From NCBI RefSeq assembly GCF_006345805.1, contig NC_043009.1, positions 51,708,001 through 51,772,000 on the forward strand: a DNA stretch of 64,000 bases, written 5' to 3'. Below the pieces are notes generated by a model. That model was given only the letters and a program-made list of their open reading frames with translations. It did no database searches and was not told where the DNA came from. This stretch comes from Octopus sinensis (taxonomy: Eukaryota). Within the stretch, counting starts at the first letter, position 1, and the number at the start of each line of letters is the position of its first letter. Shown here piece after piece: positions 50,261 through 64,000 of this stretch. The translations under genes were made by a program, and so were the position numbers.

Positions 50261-52560
50261 TATATAGTGTGTATATTTATATATCAAATGCATGCATGTA
50301 TGCATATATATATATATTTAGATATGTGTAGAATTACCTTTTCCTCACCACAGCTTATCTAAATTTATTAATGTAAGACCTTAACCGGTGTGGATGACAT
50401 ATCGTGGATTGTCTTTGCCGTCCTGCTGCGTGTGTTTATGTGTGTGTCGGTTCTGTGGATGAATAGAAGGCTTTTTTTTTTCAATAGATGCATGGATGTG
50501 TGAACGAATGGATGTGGGTTCGATGTGTGGTTGGTCCGATTGTTTCTGCGAAATTTTCCTTCTCTCTTCCTTGAAATATTATTGAACGGCGGAATTTTCG
50601 GTTGTCTGTGTGTAAACGTGCGAATGAATATGACTAGGTGTGGTGTTAGATGCGTGAATGTATGCGTGGGCTTGCCGTTGTGTGGGTGCATAGAATTTTT
50701 ATTTTCCGGGAAAATTAGTCTGTACTTTCTGTAAAATGATGAAAATAAATAAATAAATGAATGAAGGAATAAAGAAAAGGCTGCATTATACTGCGTGGAT
50801 GTGATATTGGTTTTCTACGTCTGTAAATGAATAGACGGAATGTTGGATGAATGGATGAATGGATGGCCTGATGGATGAATAGGTGACTGGAGTGTGGAAG
50901 GTAGGGATTGATATGGGGTTTAGTTGAACTGATGGCTTGGGTAATGGCAGGGTGGGTTGATAGCAGGTTATGGTTAGGATTTTTTGCAGGAAATTTCCTT
51001 TATGACCTCTGTAACGTTATTAAAAGGCGAATTTAACGGGCCAATGTAGTGAAACTAAGTGTCATGGTATGATGTCAAGCGATTCTTAGAAATAACAATG
51101 GCAAGGCTGGATTATTTGTTCGCAAGGGAAGAAAATAAAATAAAAAAATATGCCTGTATCAAAACTATGTCAGTAGAAGCGGAATATAGAAGCAGACGAA
51201 GACGACATTTTGCTACAGAATTTCCGGAACAAAGATGAAATGGAAGAAAAAAAAAAAAAACTGTAAAGAAAGGACAAGAAAATCAAATAAGAATGAATGA
51301 GAAAGAAAAGACGTAAAATAAGAGAAGAGGAGAAAAAATACAAAGAAATGTTACAAGAATGAAATTAATAAATAAATAAGAAGAGAATACATTGTTCAAG
51401 AATATTTTGATACACAACGAAAAGGTTAAGGGATACGAACGAGAGGAGAAGAATAAGTGGAAAGAATGACAGAAAATAGGGTATAGGGGTAAAATGAGAA
51501 TTGAGTATGTGGTTGTGGCAGGTGAAGGTGGTATTTCGGTGGGTGAAATGCAGTGTTAGAGGTAAAAACGTAACGAAAAGTATGTGGCAAAAGATGTTTG
51601 TGTTAGATGGAGGGGAAATCAGGCGGGCATCGAGCCAGCCAATTGGCCAAAGAATGGTGACATCGGGTAGGAGTGAACGGTGAATCATGGGTGATGGCAG
51701 TAAGGAGATGGGAGAAAAATGTAATGCAAAGAATAAGATGGGGTAGAGATAAGGAAGGGGAATGGTGGAATAGGGAAAGAATGAATAGGTTGTTGTTTGG
51801 GGAGTCGGGGAGAACGGAAAAAGAGGTGGTACAGAAGTCGTTCTATTGAAACAGACAATAAATGTATTAGGGAGTTAAGGTACCACTTATGGATGTATAT
51901 TAATATGCATGCTTGAGTGTATATATGGATTAGCGTACTCATGCATGTGTGTATATTGTGTTTGTGATAGAATATTGGAGATATGTGACGTGAGACATAC
52001 TTATCAACATCGTGCTGGTGAAATCAGTAATTGTTGTAGTGTTAGCGTTGTTGTTCCTTTAACACCCTAGGCCGTACGTGACAAGTCAAGCATTTATGAG
52101 AGATGTTACAGACATGACCATATCGCTCTTCTTTTCACGGAGCTCTTTGTTTTTGCACTTATTGTTCATGTTGTTGCTATTCATGTTTATAATTAGCGCC
52201 GTGTTGACATATTGCAGACGATTAATGTTGGAAGAAATGCCAACGCTGAAAGTGTTCTAAACATCCTGTACTCTGGATAATATTGGTACCTAATAGAGCA
52301 GGTAAAACTCTGGAGAACAGTTGGCTACTAATTTTAAAGGGGTGAGTTGCGAGGCGGATGATCATACATTGGTCAGTTTAGAAAGTGACATTTGTGAGAT
52401 GCTGAAGTATAATGTGAGTAGGATAATACGTAGAATTAACGTGTGTGAATGTCTATATATATACGTTTGTGTGTGTATGATTACATGTGTGTGTGTGTGT
52501 GTGTTTGTATGCGTATGAGTGTATATATACATATATATCTGCGTTCAACTCCATATATAT

Positions 52561-52609
<49 letters not shown>

Positions 52610-53740
52610 CACGGAACAGGAGAGAGAATGATTGATAGATAGATACAAGAGACAGATAGACAAACGACCAGGAGAGAGAGACACACAGATAAACAGGCAG
52701 AGAATGATAGAGATATATACAGGGATTCATAAACATGTCGCTCAAGGAAGTAACCTGAAGTAGCTGCTTATTTTCCGTTTGCATGTATTTATATATGTAT
52801 GTATATGCCAATGTTGGATGGAGTTTGTTACCGTCTAGGAGTATAAATTTAAAGTAATTAGAACATATACTAAAATAGATATTCTAATTAACGATCGTGA
52901 ATTATATTAAAAATATCCAAAGGTGCACAACAGTTAAGGAAAAAGCATTAAGAAGCTGCATTACTTTCATATTTCTCTATACCTAAATGTTATGTATAGA
53001 AAAATATGAGTTCATATAGAAGAGACGAGTGGCTACGATGCGCTTTTGCTTTCCTAGTAATCGTCAAATAGTAAGAACCAGCGTGTCCGGACGGAAATAA
53101 TGAGAAGTATTTGGTATGATTTTTTTCCTGAGTCCTACATTCCTTCAACTAAAAAAATGAAGATATTTCTCTTGTGGTGTCACAATATGCAGAAATTATG
53201 CGTCGGCACTCTGGAAATTTAACAATATTCGACGAAGCTCTGGAAATTGAACACCTTTGGACTGTTGATACCTCGAATATCCATCGTCCAACACTCCACT
53301 CTTCTGCAGCAATTCTCTCAACAATCCTCCTGTTTTCCAAAATGGACGAAACTTGACTCAACAAAAAGCTTTGGCGATCATCTCAGTTACACAGACACAT
53401 GTTATAAGGAAAAGAATATGACCCTCCAAATTTTATAACACTATCAACATCATATTCAATTTTCCTAATTTTCACTTCCGTTCAGGCCGACCAAAACATC
53501 AAATTTTCAATTTCGTTGTAATATTTTTAAGCTTCCACTTTCGTTTTTTCCTTTCGTACATTCAATTGCTTTAAAATATTTTCATTCCTGAGTTATTTTT
53601 CATTCTTGTACATACACATTTTCTTGTGTGTATGTGTCTGTGTGTGTGCGCGCGCTTGTGTGCATGTATGTATGCATGTGTGTGTATATGTATATATTTA
53701 TATATACATACATACATGCATATATACATACATATATATA

Positions 53741-53788
<48 letters not shown>

Positions 53789-54713
53789 TGCATATATGTG
53801 CTAGAATATGTGTATGTATATGCATAATGCAAACACACATACGTATATGTACCTATATGTATTTGTGCAAACACACATATATTATATGTATCTCTATCAT
53901 TCTCCGCTCTCGTCATCTCTCGTATCATATAAACATAAACAAATAAGATCTTTGCTCTGCTGCAACAGTGTTGAGAACACAGACCGTACCACCTTAGCAT
54001 AGGATGAAACCCACGTCCTATTTGATTTGGTTTCTCCAGAAAACTTCTAAGGATTCCATATCGAAATATTTCTATTGGTATTTCAAGTGTCCTTCTTCGT
54101 ATAAATATATCAACAGATACACATGTATTACCATGCTATAAGTGTAACGATCTATCCTTGAATTATTATTTTTTGTCTTAAAGAGAAAGATAAACTATAT
54201 ACAAGTGCTTGGGTAATGTATACACGTGAATGGCTATATAATCCGCATATATCTGTGTGTGTATACATATAAACACATATTTGTCAATATGCGCATGTGT
54301 ATGTACGTTGACTCGTTGCTAGCTGAAATTTAGACGTGATGTCGGAGTGTTATATGATAGCAGTATTTCTGTGTGTACTTAAACGTGATGGAGTTTTAAT
54401 AATCAAATGACCTCTCACACCAAACGTAAGTACATATGTTCTTCATATTACCAAAGCAGTGAAAGAAAACATTTCTGTGTTTATATTTCCTGTCTAATTT
54501 CTGTATACAACACGGCCTATACAGCTAATGTCGCTGCATTCGTTCCTCATTCTGTCCTTTCCTCATTTCTTTCTCGTCTTGAAATATAGACGTCTTAATA
54601 TAGACGTACATACATACTCACGCAAATATATACATACGCGCACACACGCACACACACACACATACACACACACACATATATATATATATATTGTTTGTAT
54701 CACCTTGCGAGTT

Positions 54714-54830
54714 CCCCCGACTTGCTAAAAGAAGATCAGAAACCAATTTGGTCCGGGGTACTAGATGGTAAATGTTTTTCATTTTCAAATTTATTCCTGT
54801 CGAATTTTATCAGTTATTTTGTGGTTTATA
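54714..54830 (+). mobile_element. Degenerate PLE pLTR related to the 31190 copy; HHR core lost
   Basis: Retains CCCCG/CGGGG helix I, GAA ACCA-AUU-UGGU C and downstream gatggtaaatgttttt shared with 31270, but has no CUGANGA. Confidence 0.5.
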
Positions 54831-55121
54831 GAACCTAGATGTTCTCTATAATGTGCTGAATCTCACACCAAGTGGATTCCTTATGTGTATAAATATGCAC
54901 TATATCGTATATATTGTTTGTTTATATATATATATATATATATAATATTGTATGTGTATATATATATGGGTGTGTGTGTATGAGTGATGTACTCAATATA
55001 TTGAAGGGCTAACAATTTAATGAAAACACGTCCTAACATGAAATTTTGTTGATAGTGAGTTGTTTCACTTTGGGTATGAATCAAAGAATTGACTTGCACA
55101 GGTTGTGAACGCTCGTTAGCG

Positions 55122-55596
55122 GATATTTGAGCCGTTCTTTAAAACCTGTTAAAAGTTCTTTAAGCGACGACGGCTGTTCCAGAATGCAAAGTGTTCGATT
55201 ATACAGATGTTTGGTGACTGTGGGAAGCAGTAAGACACTTTAGTGCCAATTTCAATTTTGTGTCAATTTCAAATAATATTAGTTTTGTAATCTTGGAAGA
55301 TTGCAAAACTATCAAGCAACAATTTTCGTAATATCGGATGGAAAAAGTTTTAGCTTAAAGGAAAAGTTTTTGCTTGAAGCCTGTCATGAAAACTAATTAA
55401 AGGCCTTTGAAAATTCTGTGATATTTGAGTCATTATTTAAAGCCTTTCAAGAGTTCTTTGAGCAACAATGGCGAAGGGAAGCATCTTCCCACTTGTTGTT
55501 CCAAGATGCAAAGCACTCGCTTTTACCGATGTTTAGTGATTGTGGGAAACATTAAGGCACTTTTGTGCATTTTGTGTCAATTTCCAATAATATTAG
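55122..55596 (+). repeat. Diverged direct duplication, period about 298 bp
   Basis: 55122-55282 aligns with 55420-55596; the second copy has an extra GGGAAG-CAT-CTTCCC hairpin. Confidence 0.8.
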
Positions 55597-55770
55597 CACT
55601 ATAAATTGGAGCCCAAATCACTGAGCCCTCTTCATGCTTCACGATAGTGGCTAAACAGTAAGAACCGATGGTTACTTTGAGCTGTCTCCAGACATGGACA
55701 TGCAATGAACGATTCTTAACGTGTCCTATTGATCCATTGCCCACTTCTGAGAGCCTACATACCATTTTCC
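55590..55770 (-). mobile_element. Tc1-like transposase relic
   Basis: VHVWRQ..CLATIVKHEEGSVIWAPIYSANIIG matches VWR..CL..TVKHGGGSVMVWG. Confidence 0.7.
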
Positions 55771-57204
55771 TTCTATTTATCTGTTGATGGCGAACAGGGG
55801 AGGTTAAGTAGTTGCAACATTCATATTGTATCTAGATTTATCGAGCTCAAGATGAACCACTATCGTTGACACATGGTTAGCAATGTGATGGTGTAGCTCT
55901 GCTGTTACGTTTACTTCAGTCATCCGATGTTTTTTGTTTCTAGAAACAGTATTGTTCTCTAGTCGGTAAGTCTTCTATGTGAGCTTTGCCTTGCATCCAT
56001 CAATCTTAATTCAAATTTTGTTTGTACCGTGGTATTTATAAACAACATGTCGATTTAAGACAATTACTTATTTTCTTTATTTATACCTATTCATTTTTTT
56101 TAGTATCTGTTCTCTATTTGTATTTTAATGAACATTTCCCGAAACAATATTTACGTCTAACCAATGAAACGATGACTATACAGTATGATGTTAGTGCAAG
56201 GAACAAAGAAACGGTGAGAGTACTGAGATACATTTTGCCTGATACATGTAAAAAAGAGGAAACTATTTTAAAACATAAACTCTCACAGACATATACACAC
56301 ACACGCACTCTTTACGTGTGTGGCAAGAATGAATTCTGAGAAAGCTGCACTACATATGTAGCAGACTTCAAGCAAGAATAATTCACGTTTCCTCGTGAAA
56401 TTTCAGGAAATTTTCATTCTAATCTTAGCCATGATTTCCATTATGAAAATATCGATGATTATAAAAAATAAATTAACTTTTGAAACAAATAAGTTTTAAA
56501 TAGTATATCTATATATCCGTCTATATTAATTGATTTAAATTAATATGAAAACATTAATTATATATTTCGTAATACAAAATCTATTTAGTAGAGCAGATAC
56601 ATTTTTTTTGTTTTGTTTATGTATTTCCGAAAATTATAAAATTTTGTCTGAAAATTCGTTGAGTCAACCAATAAAGTGTTGTCTAAAATGTTTCACATTT
56701 TTTTCTTTTGCAGATAAATAAAAGATTTTTAATTTTCTTTCAGCGTATATTAATTATCGGTTCATTCGGAGTTCATGTAGAAAGTGTGAGAAACAGCTGG
56801 AACATTTGATATTAAATATCCTACTGTGTCTGGAATTATCGAATAAAACAGCAGGTTAAGATGGAAATGTCGCTGACTGTCTAGGATGATATTTCAACAA
56901 ATTGGAACTTGTTTGTTTTTAAAAATCATCCTAGAATTTAATGTTTATTATAGAAATATATTGATAAATCTATTTTGGTTTCTGTAGTTTGCCAATTTCT
57001 GAAATTCTTAACTTTCTGAATGTCCATAATGCAAATTAAATTTTGTAACCAAACAATGAATCTAAAAATACAAGAATATGTAAATCGTATTAAAACTGAA
57101 ATAATTACGTTTAAGGTGGAGAAATCGTTAGAGTTTTGGACACACCACCTTGCGTCGTTCTTTGTGTTCTCAGCTCACAACCTGATTATCGTTTATATTT
57201 TACT

Positions 57205-57515
57205 TCTTTCAGTCACAAGACTGCGTCCATGCTGGGGCACTGTTAATTGCTTTATCGATCACTAGCGCAAAACCTAGAGACATATACACAGCACACGTCA
57301 TCAAGCGGTGGAAGGCGACAAACACACACAAACAATCCACGCAAACATATATATATATATGTATATATGACGGGCTTCTTACAGTTTCTGGCTACCATAT
57401 CCACTCGCAAGGCATTGGTCGTCCCAAGGATATAGCAGAGGTTACTTGCTCAAGATACCACGCAGTGAGACTCAACCCGGAACCATGTGGTTGGGAAGCA
57501 AGTTTCTTACCACAC
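57205..57515 (-). mobile_element. SINE family B
   Basis: ttcagtcacaagactgcgtccatgctggggcac..cacgcagtgagactcaacccggaaccatgtggttgggaagcaag. Confidence 0.8.
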
Positions 57516-59161
57516 AAACAGTGTCGGTAAAATATAACAAAGCTCAAGTACAAATATGACTCAATTGTTTGATACTGATTCCTCCTATTCAGAGGCCAAC
57601 AGCTGAGAGACAGGAGGTTTCCTTAGTGTTGGTTACTGTTTAAAGAGTAGATGGGGACATAAAAAATAGCCCTACTACTCCACAGAGGAGAAACGGCTTG
57701 CGATATTATTACCATTGAAAGACATAATTCTAAAGAATGGCACACGAATCTGATCATTATACGATGATGTGTTGCGTCCGTCATCTTGTCTAACGTGTCC
57801 TATTGAAGAAGGTTATTGATTACCACAAAATGTATTACTTTTTAATGATACGAATTTAATGCTGGTATCAAATAAAAGCAACTTTAAGTAATCAAAATAA
57901 ATGGAGATATGTGTGAGTAGCCAGGAATGTCACTTTGCAAGAATGTAGATCATAGAACCCATTGTGCAATACTTTGGGTAATATTTTTTCTGCGGTTCCG
58001 AATTTTGCATTGATTCCAGAACTGGTGTACAACATGCAGGAAACCACTGAGCTACAGCCGACTCAAGTTGTAGATCAAGATAATGGCTTATCATTAGACC
58101 AAAAACATGGCCCGTGTATTTGCAAAAATGTAAAAGCTGTGTTTTGGCGCCAAAATGGAAGGATTAAACTTGTCACACGGCATAATCAATAGGATATATT
58201 ACTGACAGAGAAGATTGATTTTTCAGAAGAATTTGGTAAAAAGTAAAATGTATCTTAACTTATACGCATATATTTCCAAATATAATTAATGTCTTTTTTA
58301 TGTGATAACAATTATATATACTAGAATGTAGTGCAAAATGTTTAATATATTGATTAGGAAATATTTTTGCACTGAGTACCCTTTTGTACAATACCCAAGA
58401 CAACATTAAAAATGTTTTATTATTATTTTTTTTTACTTCTGTGTAGAATTTTATAATGTATGAAATTTGCAAAGCAGGTAAACAACCTGGTTCTTACATT
58501 GACTGGAAAACTAAATGCTGCAATTATAAGAATGTTATAAATTTTCCAGAGTGTCTGAAATAACACTTTTGGGGATAACGGTTCTCGAAACAAATCACAT
58601 ACACTTTAAAAAAAAAGGATACCATTAGGTAGTTGAGTATGGAGCAATAACGCATTACTGTACAACAAAATGAAATTTGATAGAGAAATATTAAAAGGAA
58701 AATGCATACTCTACAAAATTCTACGCAAAAGTAGATTAATTCTTGAAACAATTTTCATACCTTAATACAATGCCAAAATTTAGAAATACATCAAAGTTTT
58801 AACAAGTGGCCACTGGCATGAAAAAATAATAAAAAAACTCACATTCAAAATTTGACTGCAAAGCAGCATGTGAGAATTGATGCAGGGTGCTAGTTATGAA
58901 AAGAAAAAAAAAACTTTCACGATGAACTCCACACGAATACAATTATAATAACAGAAAACAAACGACAAATATATTCTATCAATATATCTTGATAATGAGA
59001 CTGTGAATGTGTAGAAGCATCGTATATGAATCTGCGAAATCTTCTGTCACAAACATGCTGCCAATAAGAGAATATGAAAAATATATAATATAAAAGTTAA
59101 AAGCAGCACTTAAACAATTTTTTCAGGAAATGCATATATATGTACGTATATATATATATAT

Positions 59162-59234
<73 letters not shown>

Positions 59235-59574
59235 TACATGCATGCATATATATATAAACACGCATAACCAAGCACAAGATACGCAGAAGCGCGCATGCAC
59301 ACGCACCCAAACACGCATAGATACATGTAAAGACACGCCTTCTTTCACAAATATTTTATAGTAATAAACATTTCACTTTTTCCAATGTGAGGCTATGCAT
59401 ATAAGCATATTAATCTGTGCATACATTTTCTACACATTATGAATCGGAAAGAACTACATACACAAATGTGTATATTCATATTCATGTAAATTTATATACA
59501 TATATTTTCACATACGCACCCACATGTGTATGTGTGTGTGTGTGTGTTTTCTTTGTTGACGTGAATTTAATCAC

Positions 59575-59915
59575 ATGAAGGTAAAAAGGAAAGACCCCCT
59601 TCGGTCACGAATGAACATGGGATTGCGCCAAGAAGGCTCCCCTTCAAGGCATAAGCACGGGCAAGGTTGTTTATGGAAGACAGGCAGTTGCCCATGCATG
59701 CAAATCTCTCTTCTCCACACCACCGATGTTATCCAAGAGAAAAGCAGGCGCAGATACAGCTTGGCACAAATGACATCGCAACTCATATCTACAGATGAGT
59801 GAACTGGAGCAACGTGAAAGATATAATGCTATTGCTCAAGAACCCAAAATGCAGCCCGGTCAAGAAATGGAACTCACTACCTCATGATTGTGAGATCGAA
59901 GTTCTAACCACTGAT
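59575..59915 (-). mobile_element. tRNA-derived SINE
   Basis: Minus-strand head tcagtggttagaacttcgatctcacaatcatgaggtagtgagttcc, followed by gggttcttgagcaa. Confidence 0.7.
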
Positions 59916-60644
59916 TCATGGACATATACACGTACATATATATGTGTGTATGGGGGAGGTGCATTTGTTTTAGGATATTTATATCCTTCATATCCAATCA
60001 TTTGATAATTTTCGTAGTGTATTCCGTATTTAAGAGGATAAAAAACCCGTTGCAAACACGACACGCAGACACGCACACGCACGCACACAATGATACAGGC
60101 ACCCAAACACATAAAAACACACAAAAACGCACATAGGCACACGCACTCAAAGACAGTGGAGCACGAGTACATCTTCATATATATATACAAAGCATTAACG
60201 CCAGGAAACATTTAAGCAACAAACGCAAATACAAGCAGGTCGCAATAATGTTCTCCACGAACACTACAGATGTATCAATGAAATATAATTAGCAATGCAA
60301 AGAAGACCAAATATCAACGCCAATATTTAAAATATACGAAACAAGAATAGGAATATCTACAATTAAAAATAACAAGTAAAGAGCCATCATTCACTCCATA
60401 CTCCTTCGCACCAACTTCTCACTTTCCGTATTTTATAATGATTCAATGATTTATCTCACAAATGACCAGTTCATTTATTCCAAGATGATCAAGACAAATA
60501 CTACCCCCATGCGGTACACTCAGCCACACATGCGCATGCGCACACACCTACATACACACATGTGCACCCAAACGCACAAATTATGTGGTTTTATATATCT
60601 ATGCATGTCTACGTATATTTTCATTTATATATATATATATATAC

Positions 60645-60703
<59 letters not shown>

Positions 60704-60838
60704 TGTATATATATAGTGAGTATATGCGGAATATATACGTATATAAATACACACACACATATATATATACATATATATCTTTGTATAATTATGTATATAT
60801 ATGTATATATATAAATATACATACATACATACATATAT

Positions 60839-60938
<100 letters not shown>

Positions 60939-62722
60939 TATAGGCATATATGTATATATATGTATAAATGTGTTACGTGACTCAATCAACTTCCACAATC
61001 AACCGAGAAATTCATCAACAGCTATTTTAACGCCGTTTAATATGACGTACAACAGATGCCAAATGACCCACACCCTCCTTCACTCACTTATGCCTACGCA
61101 CACATCAAGATACATTTATACACAAATGTTTTATATATATCCATACGATCACATGCCTTTCTATGCCTCCTTATGTTCCTTTGACATCATTCCTCATATT
61201 ATCAATCAAGGATCTCTTTCGCGAAAATTAAGGTGTATATTACCTGCTACTTGATTATTTTTCTTTAATCATATTTCTCATTAATGCAACTGCTGTAACT
61301 ACCATTCTTTCTTTGACCTTTATATGCACAACCATTCCCCTTACATCAACACACTTCATCGTTCTTATTATTATTACGTTGCCTTTCGTTGTTCATTTTC
61401 GTTACTGTCTTTTGTTGCTGAGAGTAATTACCAAATTCCACCAGGCTGTCATTATCCTGTCACTCAACCAGAAAAGATATAACAGCCAAAGTTCCTGTAA
61501 AATCATATGTTCATTTATCTTAGAAAATACATTTTGCAATACAGAATAATGTACACCATTAAAAAAAAAAAAAGTATATGTTTCACAGCAGATCTGACTT
61601 AATACAATAAACACAGAAAGAAATAGAAGCAGGACCAGGAGACATGCACGAAAACATTTAATATTTTATGTATATTACATATTATTACTATCATTCATTT
61701 TGTTCATCATGTACAAGTACATTTCTCTTCATCATTTATTTATTTGTTTTATTAAATTTTAGAACGATAAAAAGCTAATATTTGATAATTCCACTAAGAA
61801 CTGAGGAATTGTCAAAGCGTTGCTTCAATTTTTCAAAAATTCAATAAAATAAATAAACCTATTGAATTTACTTTTCGCCCAACCTGTATATTTTACCATC
61901 TTAATTCATCTACCATCTTAACTCATCTTCTTTAAGACAATAACGTGTAACATGAATGTGACTTGACTGCAATATCTAGCAGGTCAATCGGTCATACACG
62001 TTATTTCTGTATAATTCGTGGAGCATAATATCTTACACTTCTCACCGCAAAATATTTTCTCACGTGTTTATTAGCTGTACCCCCACTTTACTTATTTGAT
62101 CAATATCCGTTGTCTGAAATGCAAAGAATACACTTGTAGAATATTCTCTGTAACTAAATAAGACCTTAATGTTTCGCTGATGATGTTCTATTTCTTGTTC
62201 TTTATTCTGCTGTTTTATTCCAGTCATGGCCAATGCTGTTTAATTATAATATGAAACGGAGTTAGACTTGCTTGATTTTTCTTCAAGGGTGATCGGGCAT
62301 GAAGGCATGAAGAGGCTCCCTCGTAATTTGTAATTAAATATAACAGTAGATACAAGAGAAGAATTCATGTTGCTTGTTCAGTGTAGAACACTGCAATATG
62401 TTGCCACAACGTTGACCATCCATTATCGTTATACTGTTAATATATGATTTGATGGCAATTACTGGCGAAATATTGCAGAACAAGTAAGTTGAGGCATCAT
62501 TAACACTTTGTAAGAGTACATGACAAAAAAAGTATAAACACACACGTACACACACAAACATGCACAAATACACACACAGACGGGCACACATTTGTACATA
62601 TACGCATACGTATATATATATATATCACATATATATCACACACACACATTAGCACATGCATTGTACATATATAGTATATACATCACACATACATACATAT
62701 ACACACACACACACACACATAC

Positions 62723-62762
<40 letters not shown>

Positions 62763-62944
62763 GTATATCAAAATAAGCAACAAGGATATCCAGAGGTGCC
62801 TCAACTTAAGTACCATATTGATCTGAATCAGAATTTTTACAGGATATATATATATATATATATATAACATAACATACATACACAATAATATGTTAAGAAT
62901 TGGACAACTCTGCTAATTTCTTTCTTCTACACTCAAAGATAGTA

Positions 62945-63455
62945 TTGGTTTCAAATTTTCGCACAGTGCCAGAAGATCGAGGGAGGGTTTACGTCAGTTG
63001 GTACCTATCTTATCGACCCCGAAGAGATGAAATCAAAGTCAATCTCGGGGGAATTTGAATTCAAAACGCAGTGATGGGCGAAATACCGCTAAGCATTTTG
63101 TCCAGCGTGCTAACGATTCAGCCAGCTTGCCGCCTTAACAATAATATTCTTTTCTACTCGAGGCACAAGGCCTGAAATTTTGGGGGAGAGGGCCGGTCGA
63201 CTAAATCGACACCAGTAAGCAACTGGCAATTAATATATCAATCCCGAAAGGATGGATGGGAGAAGTCGGTTACCTCAACCCTATTACTCAATAGGCACAA
63301 TACCTGAAACTTGACTAGTACTAATTTTCCCGACCCCCAAATCATGAAAGGCAAAGTCGACCTCGCCGGAATTTGAACTCGGGACGTAAAGACGGACGAA
63401 ATGCTGCTAAGCATTTTGCCCGGTCTGCAAACGATTCTGTCAACACGCCGCTTTA
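62945..63455 (-). mobile_element. Head-to-tail cluster of SINE family A copies
   Basis: Repeated atcgaccccgaa..gaaag..aagtcgacctc..ggaatttgaactc..aaatgctgctaagcattttg. Confidence 0.85.
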
Positions 63456-63584
63456 CAATCAATGGTTATGCTGATAATTATGATAATTGTTGAAAGAAGC
63501 TCAAACTAGGTTCCAACCATCGACGTTGCAGTAATCTTTACAGCAACAATAATATTAATAATGATTATAATAATAACGTTTTCA

Positions 63585-63908
63585 AATTTTGGTGTATGGT
63601 GGTCAATTTTGGGGCGAGAGGTATAAGTCGATTACACCGATCCCATGCTCAACTGGTACATTTTTTCGACCCCGAAGGGATGAAGGGCGAAGTCGACCTG
63701 GGCGGAATTTGAACTCAGAACGTGAAGACGGCGTGCTAACGACTGTGCCAGCTCTCGCCAGCCTCAACAAGAACATGCTAAACTGGTACATTTTTTTCGA
63801 CCCCGAAAGGATGAAAGTGAAGTCGACCTCGGCAGAATTTGAACTCAGAACACGAAGACGGCGTGCTAACGACTTTGCCAGCTCTCCGCCAGCCTCAACA
63901 AGAACATC
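63585..63908 (-). mobile_element. SINE family A with a ~130-bp internal tandem duplication
   Basis: 63651-63777 recurs at 63781-63907; both copies lack the gaaataccgctaagcatt segment. Confidence 0.85.
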
Positions 63909-64000
63909 AGCAGCAACAGCAATAATATGTAACACGACTGATCGAAACATACTATCTCAGCTTTACTGTACTTGGACAGGATTGTCATGGGTGGATCAAA

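Noticed and set aside
51610-51680. GC-box and CCAAT-like words (aggcgggc, agccaattggcc)
   Set aside because: Isolated motifs in purine-rich low-complexity DNA with no downstream exon.
53000-53560. Possible very old mariner relic on the minus strand (FLHIVTPQEKYLHFF resembling FLHRIVTGDEKW)
   Set aside because: Only one weak motif; not enough to annotate.
57962-58192. 76-aa ORF in unique sequence
   Set aside because: No recognisable motif; length is within chance expectation.
61800-61890. Solo mariner-like TIR (ttacttttcgcccaacctgta); a similar one lies near 11248-11270
   Set aside because: No partner TIR or clear transposase; too short to call an element.

Overview
AT-rich, microsatellite-saturated animal genomic DNA, intergenic or deep intronic. 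The SINE families and repeat landscape look cephalopod (Octopus-like); this is my recognition, not a database result. No confident host protein-coding gene is present, and nearly all supplied ORFs are translations of (TA)n, (CA)n, (TATG)n or trinucleotide repeats. Recognisable content: a full-length but inactivated Hsmar1-like (cecropia subfamily) mariner with TIRs and TA duplication; several older mariner/Tc1 relics; a Helitron helicase relic; R4/Dong-type LINE fragments beside (AAT)n; a probable LINE ORF1 5' end; about 20 tRNA-derived SINEs; and many Penelope-like element (PLE) pieces, including two GIY-YIG frames. The most notable layer is a set of minimal hammerhead ribozyme (HHR) folds in PLE terminal repeats from about six families. 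They include an intact canonical one, two families with U.U at the base of helix II, and one with an apparent G3:C8 core swap. Several lie in fold-back insertions in (TA)n, one a perfect 267-bp inverted repeat. All folds and alignments were done by eye, and coordinates of eroded relics are approximate.
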